A stretch of DNA of 53,830 nucleotides from an uncultured virus (IMG/VR IMGVR_UViG_3300048135_000646) (Duplodnaviria > Heunggongvirae > Uroviricota > Caudoviricetes). The notes under the pieces were generated by a model. It was not told the DNA's origin and searched no databases. It saw nothing but the letters and a program-made list of their open reading frames with translations. The stretch lies in the IMG/VR virus record IMGVR_UViG_3300048135_000646. One strand, given 5' to 3'. The position numbers were made by a program, and so were the translations under genes. Of the stretch, positions 20,574-29,132 are shown piece after piece. How positions within the stretch are numbered: position 1 is the stretch's first letter; each line of letters opens with the position of its first letter.

Positions 20574-22004
20574 GTGGAAAAGGTTTTCAATTACAAACAA
20601 AACAAGAAAACAGATAAAGGTAAATGTCAGGAGAAATGTTCTATTGATATATATCATTACGGTGATGTATTGATGGTGGAACTTTTTTACCTTTTTACCT
20701 ATATGAGGTTCAACGAAAACAATGAAAATGAGTTCGAGTTAAGAAGACGAGTTGAGACAGAACATAAACTAACGATTGATTTAAAAACCTCTGACTTCCA
20801 TGTGTTCTCACAAACAACAAATAAAGGATTTTTAGGGGATAAGAAATCCTCCAATGGAAGAACTGTCAAGAATAAGTTTTCACAGTTGGAGGACATAACG
20901 AGTGTTGGTTTTTTCGGAGGTTCCAAAAAAGGGTCAAGTTGGGGTAGTCGGTACAAAAAGAAGACTGAAGAGGCGTGGGAATTAATTAGAGGAATAATCC
21001 AACCCAGAATAAAAGATGACTACCTTTCAAAAAAGGGGTACAATAAAGTTGAGATAGATCCTTTATACGACCTTATAGTTGATTTTCACTTAGACAAAAA
21101 GAACATCAAAGGTCACGATTTGATTTACATAGATATACAGGAGGATTATCCTAAACAAAAGTATCTAAAAACCAATGATCGTAAGTTTGTACCTGCAGTA
21201 TTGGAACAATACGGTATTAAAAACAGACAATTTATTAGTTCCATAAATAATGATAGTGAGGGGATGCCCATTATAATCAAAACACTTAATTATTTTAGTA
21301 AGTTATTCGGTGACAACTACATTGATTATATGAATAAGATAGATTGGCATTTACATTGTTATAAGGCACCCCCCAACAGGAAAGTACACCCACTTAAAAA
21401 TGAAACAGAGAAAAGGAACATGGTTAAGTTGATACAAAGATGGGAAGAGGAGGGGTTAAGATTAAATACTGATCTTACATCTGATGGTACTTTGATTATG
21501 TCTTTATTTCGTTTGTTTGAATTAAGAAATAAGATTGAAAAAAGAGGTATTGAATTGAAATTTACCGCAACAAAGGATTCTGAATTAGATACGTTATTTG
21601 AAGAATGGGAATCCTTAAGAAAATATTTACAGAAGGGGTATAGAGTTAGATACCTTTTTCCCGACGAATTTGTGAAACATGTTGAACAACCAATAAAGAT
21701 CGGAGATGTAACCTACCAACCAAAATTACTATCTAAAGAAGAAGAGTTTAAAGTGGAGGGTCATATAATGAAAAATTGTATGGGTAATCAGTTTGTTCAC
21801 GGTGTCGCGTCGATATTTATATCTTTAAGGAAGGGTAAAAGATGGGTAGATGTACAGTATCGTAAAGGTAAAAAAACCATGTGTTACGGTAAGGCAAATT
21901 CCCCCACTCCTTCTGATTTTAAAAGTGCAATAAACACACTCAACAAACGTATGAAAATTTATGATCAAGTTAAGTGGACTAAAGAGAAATATGATTTGTT
22001 ATAA
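20574..22004 (+). CDS. PcfJ-like domain protein
   Basis: C-terminal EEFKVEGHIMKNCMG...IFISLR...GKANS. Confidence 0.65.
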   Translation: MEKVFNYKQNKKTDKGKCQEKCSIDIYHYGDVLMVELFYLFTYMRFNENNENEFELRRRVETEHKLTIDLKTSDFHVFSQTTNKGFLGDKKSSNGRTVKNKFSQLEDITSVGFFGGSKKGSSWGSRYKKKTEEAWELIRGIIQPRIKDDYLSKKGYNKVEIDPLYDLIVDFHLDKKNIKGHDLIYIDIQEDYPKQKYLKTNDRKFVPAVLEQYGIKNRQFISSINNDSEGMPIIIKTLNYFSKLFGDNYIDYMNKIDWHLHCYKAPPNRKVHPLKNETEKRNMVKLIQRWEEEGLRLNTDLTSDGTLIMSLFRLFELRNKIEKRGIELKFTATKDSELDTLFEEWESLRKYLQKGYRVRYLFPDEFVKHVEQPIKIGDVTYQPKLLSKEEEFKVEGHIMKNCMGNQFVHGVASIFISLRKGKRWVDVQYRKGKKTMCYGKANSPTPSDFKSAINTLNKRMKIYDQVKWTKEKYDLL

Positions 22005-22031
22005 ATTTTTATTTTTCGTATATTTTATAAT

Positions 22032-22361
22032 ATGGTAGACGTAACAGAAATAGCAATAGAAAAAATAGTGGGTCTAATGATGGATGAAGGTATAACCCCC
22101 GACACTCACAATCTCAGGGTTGGTGTAAGTGGTGGAGGTTGTAGTGGATTACAATACGAAATGGACTTTGATGATAAAATAAATGAGGGTGATAGTGTCT
22201 TTGAAGTGGACGCAATAAAGGTGATTGTTAATAAACCTTCACTACTTTATTTAGCGGGAACAGTGTTAGATTTCCAAGGTGGTTTAAACGGTAAAGGGTT
22301 TGAATGGATCAACCCAAACGCATCAAGAACCTGTGGATGTGGGGAAAGTTTTAGTTTGTAA
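22032..22361 (+). CDS. iscA: Iron-sulfur cluster assembly protein, HesB/IscA family
   Basis: LRVGVSGGGCSGLQY...NPNASRTCGCGESFS. Confidence 0.93.
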   Translation: MVDVTEIAIEKIVGLMMDEGITPDTHNLRVGVSGGGCSGLQYEMDFDDKINEGDSVFEVDAIKVIVNKPSLLYLAGTVLDFQGGLNGKGFEWINPNASRTCGCGESFSL

Positions 22362-22404
22362 GGTTTAAACTAATAAATAAAGTATTTATATATAAAACGA
22401 TCTA

Positions 22405-23982
22405 ATGGAAGAATTAAGTAAAAAAGATATTTTGACTCTTATTGGTGAGAATCTAACCACTATAAGACGACCTGGATATAAAGGTTTTGACGAATCTAAG
22501 GAGTTAGACGAAATGCCGTTAAGGCCAGACCAACTCCCAAAGAAAGAAATTGAACCAGGTAAACCCACAAAAAAATCTAAAAAAATTGTTTTAACTTTAG
22601 ATAATGGTGAGGAGATGACATTTAGTACATCACAATCAGTTATAAAAGTTGATGGAGAAAATAAGAACACTGTTAAGGTAACACAAATACAACCTGGTGA
22701 TGTTATTGTTGACGACAACAGAAGTGAACAAACCGTCTCTAGTGTGGATCAAAAGGAAGTAATTGCACCTTGGACAGCAATGTTCGAAACAGACAATGAC
22801 GGTAAACCGATTGAACATGTTGGTTGGTATAGATATGAAAACGGAGAGGTCACCCCAATTATTTTTACTTGTGAATGGGATGAACTGACAGAAAAACACC
22901 CTGATTTAGTACCTAAACTAAAAGAGAAATTTGGTAAGGTTAAGTTAAAAGAAGAGAACTGTCCATCATATAAACCAAGAGGTAGAGATATAGGGGGTGT
23001 AAAACCTATCCCTGGTGATGATGGGGAAGAGGTTACTTTTGATAATGCGGATCAAGTACCTGATGCAACAGGGAGTAAAACTACATATACTAGGGAGAAG
23101 ATAAATAGAACATTTAATTCTATCTTAAAAGATGAGTTAGTGGATGATGAAGATTTCGTAACTACATTAAAAAGAATAAGTTTACCTGAAATAGTTATCC
23201 TTAACCCAAAACACAGAAATAAATACAGTGAAGTAAACGATAAAGAGATTACATTTCAGTCACATAACATAAATTTATATAAAACACAGGAAGAGTTCCA
23301 AAATACCACAAGGAAAACGGTTATGAGGGGTAGAACACCTGAGTATTTTGAAAGTGATGAGTACAATCCAAAAAAATCCAATAGTTTAAGAAGACAATAC
23401 AACCAAGGATATTCTAATTGGTCTAAAACACGTTTTACTCAACAAGGGGGTGGATATGGTAAAACACCTGTATTCAAATTAGATAGAGGTGACTTTCCAA
23501 ATGAAGAGGATTTTTCAGTAATGGTATCGTCCGATTTAGAAATAAAAGGTATAGCTCAGGGTGAAGGTGAGATGACATCTGGATATAGATGGGAATTAGT
23601 CTATACCGTTGAATACGCAAAGAAATTACCTACTGATAGAGTAGCAAGAAAAATATTCAAGGATGAGGATGTATCGATAAATCTTTTTGTCGATGTTGAT
23701 TTAAGTGAAGAAAAGGATTTTGACGGTAAAGTAGATAAAGGACAAAAAGGTGAAATTGTCGGTGGGGACACAGGAGATAATCACCCATTAACAGATGTTA
23801 ACATTGTCCAAGGACTAAAAGAAATTTTAGATAACTTTAAGAAAGAAATGAGTAGTAAGAAACAATTCCAATTAGCGGCCAAGAGAGCTCAAATGACAAG
23901 ACAGGATGTTGATACTGCGGATATGAGATTAAATGAAGAAGAAATAAAAGATATTATAAAGAAAACAATAAACAAGAAGTAA
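22405..23982 (+). CDS. Hypothetical, probably virion-associated protein
   Basis: 525 aa with TATTTATA upstream; C-terminal LNEEEIKDIIKKTI motif; followed by a terminator. Confidence 0.7.
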   Translation: MEELSKKDILTLIGENLTTIRRPGYKGFDESKELDEMPLRPDQLPKKEIEPGKPTKKSKKIVLTLDNGEEMTFSTSQSVIKVDGENKNTVKVTQIQPGDVIVDDNRSEQTVSSVDQKEVIAPWTAMFETDNDGKPIEHVGWYRYENGEVTPIIFTCEWDELTEKHPDLVPKLKEKFGKVKLKEENCPSYKPRGRDIGGVKPIPGDDGEEVTFDNADQVPDATGSKTTYTREKINRTFNSILKDELVDDEDFVTTLKRISLPEIVILNPKHRNKYSEVNDKEITFQSHNINLYKTQEEFQNTTRKTVMRGRTPEYFESDEYNPKKSNSLRRQYNQGYSNWSKTRFTQQGGGYGKTPVFKLDRGDFPNEEDFSVMVSSDLEIKGIAQGEGEMTSGYRWELVYTVEYAKKLPTDRVARKIFKDEDVSINLFVDVDLSEEKDFDGKVDKGQKGEIVGGDTGDNHPLTDVNIVQGLKEILDNFKKEMSSKKQFQLAAKRAQMTRQDVDTADMRLNEEEIKDIIKKTINKK

Positions 23983-24011
23983 TATTAGTTTTGGTTCTAT
24001 TCAAATCTATT

Positions 24012-24045
24012 AGGGGATACAATTTAAATTGTATCCCTTTTTTTT
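24012..24045 (+). terminator. Intrinsic terminator (24-bp perfect palindrome plus T tract)
   Basis: GGGATACAATTT-AAATTGTATCCC (24014-24037) followed by T8. Confidence 0.8.
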
Positions 24046-24096
24046 ATTCTTGATATATTAAAAAAATATTCTTATATTAATAACAAAACATTAAGT

Positions 24097-24306
24097 ATGG
24101 TAAGTTTATTAAGACAAGAATGGTTATCCGATCCAAAACTTAAAAAATGGGATTCTGTGGGATGTACCGTAGAAGAAAATTGTACTTGTAAAACGGATAA
24201 ATATCATGTAGAATTGTGGGAACAAGATTCATGTGTTAGAGGTAGAATAGACACCGTTGTTTGTACTAAATGTGACACCATTAAATCATTTAATATTGTA
24301 AGATGA
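24097..24306 (+). CDS. Small Cys-rich hypothetical protein
   Basis: 69 aa with CTC and CTKC motifs. Confidence 0.6.
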   Translation: MVSLLRQEWLSDPKLKKWDSVGCTVEENCTCKTDKYHVELWEQDSCVRGRIDTVVCTKCDTIKSFNIVR

Positions 24307-24422
24307 TTAATAGTTATGTTGATTCCACTTGGAACTGTGGTTGTGGTGCATTAAATGCTGGTTACAGAGAGACGTGCGGCGCGTGTGGGAAACCTAAACC
24401 CACACCTAAAATTATTTATTAA
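24303..24422 (+). CDS. 39-aa RanBP2-type zinc-finger-like protein (not in the ORF track)
   Basis: MINSYVDSTWNCGCGALNAGYRETCGACGKPKPTPKIIY*, with an ATGA overlap to the previous gene. Confidence 0.6.
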   Translation: MINSYVDSTWNCGCGALNAGYRETCGACGKPKPTPKIIY

Positions 24423-24446
24423 AATTTTAAACAGATATTTATTGTT

Positions 24447-24722
24447 ATGAGAATTGATTTTAAAAAGATACTTGAGGCATATAAAGTAAAAATTAGTCCA
24501 ACCATAGAACAAAAAGATCTGGCACTAAAAAGATTAGAAATTTGTAAAGGATGTGAATTTCTTAAGGGTAGTGTTGAGGATAATTTTTGTAGTTGTGGTG
24601 TTTGTGGTTGTTTTATACATGGTAAGATATTTACTAATAAAGGGGATGAGTGTCCAAAAGGTAAATGGAGTGAAATAGACCGAGGACACTTTAAAACAAA
24701 AGTTAAAAACACATTAATATGA
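24447..24722 (+). CDS. Small Cys-rich protein (R..IC..C...C..CGC...K...CP.GKW family)
   Basis: Conserved Cys pattern; ORF overlaps the start of the next gene. Confidence 0.7.
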   Translation: MRIDFKKILEAYKVKISPTIEQKDLALKRLEICKGCEFLKGSVEDNFCSCGVCGCFIHGKIFTNKGDECPKGKWSEIDRGHFKTKVKNTLI

Positions 24723-26767
24723 GAGCAGTTTTGGTAGGTAATGATTACCTTAAAGATAATAACGGTAATTTTAAACACTTAGAAAGTAACACTTCTGTTT
24801 TACCTTCATTTGCAAGAGCCGAAGACTACTTCAACAAGTCTGTATTTGATCAGTTTCTTTTAGATAATAACATAACAAGTATTGTCATTATAGACGCTTT
24901 AGGTCCTAACTTATTACAAGATGGGTTAGACAAACAACATGACGGTAATTCTTCCCATCAAAAGATTAGTCATATGTTATCTAATGTGTATGGTGAAACT
25001 CACAATGTTAGTTTTATCACTCAAAATCAAGATGGATCTTTACCATTGATCGAGGATGCGGATGATAAACTAATCTTAAGAATTGCATATGACGACAATG
25101 CTTTAGTTGATGAATCATACTGTAAAGATAATTTTGGGTTTCTAAAATTGATATATGACAGTAATCCCAACTCATTACCTAATGTATTTTTTAATGATGG
25201 GGATGAGATTAGTGTAGATACCATAGGTACGACGATAACAGACAATGGTAACCACCCTAACTTTATTATTAAGGAAAGGTATCCTACGACCAACTATAAA
25301 AATTACCCTAAAGTATATAGAATTAATAGTGTTGAGGAATTAAACACACTTAAAAACGGATTAAATAGTAATGAATTACTTCAGGAATATATTTGTAACA
25401 CTAACGATTTAATTGACGGTAAATTAAAAACGTACAGACATATTACAATACTATACGGAAGTGACCTGTCAGTTTTAAATCCGTTCGACGTATTCTGTCA
25501 TTCTAATAGGTTACCAATAACAGATGCTGTGGATTACGATGGTACAACAAATGAACTATCTCCATGGGAGAGACCTAAGTACTTACAAAAAACAGGGTCA
25601 ACGGCAGCTTCGAAACTTTATACTGGATCTGAAAACGATAATGTTAAAAAAAGTGATGGTTCATTAGTTAAACTAAAAGACCTTAAAGTAGGTGATAACC
25701 TCTCAAGTATGATGTTATCGGGATTAGGACCTGATGACGGATCCCATGTTAATTTTTCTTCGAATATAGATGATTTAAATAGTAGCAATATAATATATTC
25801 ACCCGTATTTGATGGTGCATTTGGGGGTATGTCTTATACCAAAGAAGAAGGTTATGATCCAACATATAATAACCCAACTACATCTAACGAATGGGGTGGT
25901 TTTGCAAATACCAATACTGAATTGTCAAATGTTACCTTTCAAGAGGGTGGTAAATTAACATTTAATGCATCCTGTGAAGGGTCAATTGATGTTAAATTCA
26001 TATTTGAGAATAACCCATATAATCATAACGGAAATGGTGATGATGATACGTTACCTAGATATAATACTGATTTAATTACAGTTAGTGGTGATGGTGGTAA
26101 ATATTCTATTGAGATCCCATCTCAAGGTTCAAACACTTTTAGTTCTTTTGTATTAAAAGTTATTACTCAGGATTCAAATATTAAAATTACCAATTTTAAA
26201 ATTATTACCTACGTAAGTGGACTCACCGATACTTCAGTTAGTACTGATAGTATTATTTCCGAAGAGTCGGGATTTTTTGAACACATTATAACCTTAAGTG
26301 GGGGTAAAACATATAACTTTTTAGGTAGAAGTCAAATCCTATCATCAGGACCAAACGATGAGTTGTATCGATTCATGATTGCGGATAATTTATTGGTTGG
26401 GTGTAAAGTAATAACAAGAGAATTAAGTGGGGGGAACCTTATTCCCGAAACGATAGTTTCTATGGGTTATAGGTACGTCCATGAAGTTGCGTATAGTATA
26501 GATGTCGAAGAGGTAGATTACTATTTCAGAACAGATAGTTCTGAAACCCCTACACAAAGTGTTATTCATCACAATAAAGAACAGATTGGGTGTATGTGTT
26601 ATCATAAAGAACAAGAGTGGACCAGTTGTAGTTGCAATAGTCCATGTGTTTATGCCCCTGGTGAATGTATGGAAGATGGTGGGTTCATAGATTGTTGTTC
26701 TCAGCAACCATTCTGTTATGGAGGTGTATATGCATCGGGTCCTTGTAGTGGTGGTGGTAAAAGGTAA
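24719..26767 (+). CDS. Multidomain protein: permuted ATP-grasp-like, Hint-like domain with inserted beta-sandwich, and Cys-rich tail
   Basis: See findings: DYLKDNNGNFKHLESNT, PNFIIKERYP, LLQEYI, DGSLVKLKDLKVGD, YSIDVE...VIHHN and a 10-Cys tail. Confidence 0.6.
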   Translation: MRAVLVGNDYLKDNNGNFKHLESNTSVLPSFARAEDYFNKSVFDQFLLDNNITSIVIIDALGPNLLQDGLDKQHDGNSSHQKISHMLSNVYGETHNVSFITQNQDGSLPLIEDADDKLILRIAYDDNALVDESYCKDNFGFLKLIYDSNPNSLPNVFFNDGDEISVDTIGTTITDNGNHPNFIIKERYPTTNYKNYPKVYRINSVEELNTLKNGLNSNELLQEYICNTNDLIDGKLKTYRHITILYGSDLSVLNPFDVFCHSNRLPITDAVDYDGTTNELSPWERPKYLQKTGSTAASKLYTGSENDNVKKSDGSLVKLKDLKVGDNLSSMMLSGLGPDDGSHVNFSSNIDDLNSSNIIYSPVFDGAFGGMSYTKEEGYDPTYNNPTTSNEWGGFANTNTELSNVTFQEGGKLTFNASCEGSIDVKFIFENNPYNHNGNGDDDTLPRYNTDLITVSGDGGKYSIEIPSQGSNTFSSFVLKVITQDSNIKITNFKIITYVSGLTDTSVSTDSIISEESGFFEHIITLSGGKTYNFLGRSQILSSGPNDELYRFMIADNLLVGCKVITRELSGGNLIPETIVSMGYRYVHEVAYSIDVEEVDYYFRTDSSETPTQSVIHHNKEQIGCMCYHKEQEWTSCSCNSPCVYAPGECMEDGGFIDCCSQQPFCYGGVYASGPCSGGGKR

Positions 26768-26792
26768 AGAATAAATTAAAAACTAAGTTATT

Positions 26793-26936
26793 ATGTCAGA
26801 AGTAAATAAAAATACCCTTTATAACGATAAAAATCAAATTAGGCCAATTATTGATAAATCCTCTACGGAAGATAAAACAAGTATTGAGAACCTAACCAAT
26901 AGTTTTGTTCAACTAATAAAGGACAAACACCTTTAG
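26793..26936 (+). CDS. 47-aa hypothetical protein
   Basis: MSEVNKNTLY...IKDKHL*, with an A-rich start context. Confidence 0.5.
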   Translation: MSEVNKNTLYNDKNQIRPIIDKSSTEDKTSIENLTNSFVQLIKDKHL

Positions 26937-26974
26937 TATTTGATTTATTAAAATATTATTCGTATATTATTTAT

Positions 26975-27226
26975 ATGAGTAATATTGAAAAAATACATGA
27001 CCAATTCCCCGAACTTGAAGTTCTTCAGGCAGATGGGTTCGATGATGCAATTATTGGTTTAGAACCACTAAGTGGTAAATTAATCTATGACATCTCTAAA
27101 ATGATAGACGTACTTTTGGAAGAAGGTTTATCTCATGAAGATGCAATAGAGTACCTAGATTTTAATGTACTTAACGCATATGTGGGTGAAAATACACCAC
27201 TCTACATACACACCATAGAGGAATAA
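26975..27226 (+). CDS. Conserved phage hypothetical protein
   Basis: ADGFDDAIIG...AIEYLDFNVLNAYVGENTP is a motif common in phages. Confidence 0.75.
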   Translation: MSNIEKIHDQFPELEVLQADGFDDAIIGLEPLSGKLIYDISKMIDVLLEEGLSHEDAIEYLDFNVLNAYVGENTPLYIHTIEE

Positions 27227-27426
27227 TGGTATTCATAAGTCAAACATACAAGAAGGCAATTAAAGTTATTGATAGTTGTGAAAATGAAGAACAACTAAAG
27301 GGGGCATCAAATTATGTGACCCTATTTAAGAATTACTTTGAAAAATTGGGATCTGACGACCAACTAATAGAAATTTATTATTCAGAACTTAAAAATAAAA
27401 TACTAACTAGATTAGATGAAAATTAA
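27226..27426 (+). CDS. Hypothetical protein
   Basis: 66 aa, overlapping both neighbours. Confidence 0.6.
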   Translation: MVFISQTYKKAIKVIDSCENEEQLKGASNYVTLFKNYFEKLGSDDQLIEIYYSELKNKILTRLDEN

Positions 27427-27958
27427 AAGTACTGACATAAAAGACTGTTACATAATAGAGTCTGATAAATATGTAGATAATAGAGGACACTTCCAAGTAC
27501 CCTTTAATGTCGGTGAATTTAACCAAAAGACGGGAATCACGTTTAAGTTCATCCAAGAGAACGAGTCATTTTCGGAAAAAAATGTTATTAGAGGATTACA
27601 TTTTCAAAAACCCCCATTCGAACAATCTAAGTTGGTTAGGTGTATTTATGGTGGTGTAACTGATGTTATATTAGACATTAGAAAAGACTCTCCAACGTAT
27701 GGAAGGGTGGTAAAGGTAGAGTTAAAAGGGGGTGATTCACAATCTGTTTTTGTACCTAAAGGTTGTGCACATGGGTTCTCCACACAATCAAGAGCGGTTT
27801 TTAATTATAAAGTTGACAATGTCTATTCTAAAGATAGTGAGGGTGGTGTGATATATAATGACCCCGAGTTAAATATAGATTGGAATGTGGGTAAAAAACC
27901 TAAAATATCTGACAAGGATTTATTACTACCCTTTTTCAAAGATTTAGATATTTATTAG
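27416..27958 (+). CDS. rfbC: dTDP-4-dehydrorhamnose 3,5-epimerase
   Basis: DNRGHF, QENESFS, RGLHFQ, QSKLVRC, DIRKDSPTYG, VPKGCAHGF and YKVDN. Confidence 0.95.
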   Translation: MKIKSTDIKDCYIIESDKYVDNRGHFQVPFNVGEFNQKTGITFKFIQENESFSEKNVIRGLHFQKPPFEQSKLVRCIYGGVTDVILDIRKDSPTYGRVVKVELKGGDSQSVFVPKGCAHGFSTQSRAVFNYKVDNVYSKDSEGGVIYNDPELNIDWNVGKKPKISDKDLLLPFFKDLDIY

Positions 27959-27970
27959 TAAACAATTATT

Positions 27971-28240
27971 ATGTCAAAAGTCATTAAATTAAAACAAGAG
28001 GATCTTGAGAAGTTAGTTCAGGATGTAATTAACGAACAAGAAGAGTGGAAAGGTTCCACTGATCCTGAGATAATGCAAATGGGACAACAAGGACCTGAGG
28101 AAATGGGGGACGAACCAGAAAGTGTGGAAAGTGACGAAGATGGTGTTCCACTTAAATTAGGTAAAGACGATAAAGGTAATTATTTTGTCTTTAAAGACGA
28201 CGGATCGGAATCACCAACAGTATTCAAAATAAATAAGTAA
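27971..28240 (+). CDS. Small acidic protein with KVIKLKQEDLEKLV..VINEQ N-terminus
   Basis: TATTTAT element upstream and terminator downstream. Confidence 0.65.
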   Translation: MSKVIKLKQEDLEKLVQDVINEQEEWKGSTDPEIMQMGQQGPEEMGDEPESVESDEDGVPLKLGKDDKGNYFVFKDDGSESPTVFKINK

Positions 28241-28243
28241 TAT

Positions 28244-28266
28244 AAACCCCACACAGTGGGGTTTCT
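28244..28266 (+). terminator. Intrinsic terminator
   Basis: AAACCCCAC-ACA-GTGGGGTTT hairpin. Confidence 0.7.
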
Positions 28267-28292
28267 TATTTAAAATCAAACTATTTATCAAT

Positions 28293-29132
28293 ATGAAGTT
28301 ATCTTCTCTTTATGAGGAATTGAGCACTAGAAAAGTTCAAGCAATACTAAAACGTAATCCTGATTTTTTCCAAAACAGAGTTAGGTTTGTTTTGGGTGCA
28401 AATAATGGTGTGTTTGATTTTGAGATACATATAAGTCCTGAAGATATTGGTGACTATGTTGGTGGTGACTACAACATACGTAGTTACACAACTAAAGATA
28501 ATAGAAAAGTTGACATTGGACTTTTTGAGACCATATTAGATGGTGATACTTTCGATATTTATGAAAACTACTATTACGATGGGGATTGGGAATCAGTTTT
28601 GGATTATTATTTAAGTCCCGAAAATGAAGAGACAATTAAAGGTATTATCAATAAACTAATTAAGAGAGAAGGTAAGGAAATAGAGGACCATGAGGGTGAG
28701 TCTTTACAGGACCTAATTGAACAGTACGATACTGAAGACCACATAAAAAATGTTTTAAGGGATAGTTTGGGTAGTGCACAGGCTGACGATTATGTTAATT
28801 ACCTAAAAGACCAATTAAGAGAATGTTTGATGGAATATGGGGATATAAAAAGTTTTGACCATGAAGGGGTTACACTTAAAATAAAATTCTCAACAATGAT
28901 GGATATGTTAGGTCAAGATATTGATGATGTAGACGTAATAGATAAAATGGACGAAGATTGTGGTTACGACCCTAAATGTTATTTCGAGGAAATGTTTTAT
29001 AAAAACACTTACGACTCACCTAGGTTTAGTCCTGATGATAGATATCAAGGTGATGCTAGTAACGAGAACGTTAATGATATGATTAACGATAGATTGGGAG
29101 AGGTTGAGTACGATTATAAATTAGAGGGATGA
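28293..29132 (+). CDS. Acidic hypothetical protein
   Basis: 279-aa ORF with TATTTAT upstream. Confidence 0.7.
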   Translation: MKLSSLYEELSTRKVQAILKRNPDFFQNRVRFVLGANNGVFDFEIHISPEDIGDYVGGDYNIRSYTTKDNRKVDIGLFETILDGDTFDIYENYYYDGDWESVLDYYLSPENEETIKGIINKLIKREGKEIEDHEGESLQDLIEQYDTEDHIKNVLRDSLGSAQADDYVNYLKDQLRECLMEYGDIKSFDHEGVTLKIKFSTMMDMLGQDIDDVDVIDKMDEDCGYDPKCYFEEMFYKNTYDSPRFSPDDRYQGDASNENVNDMINDRLGEVEYDYKLEG

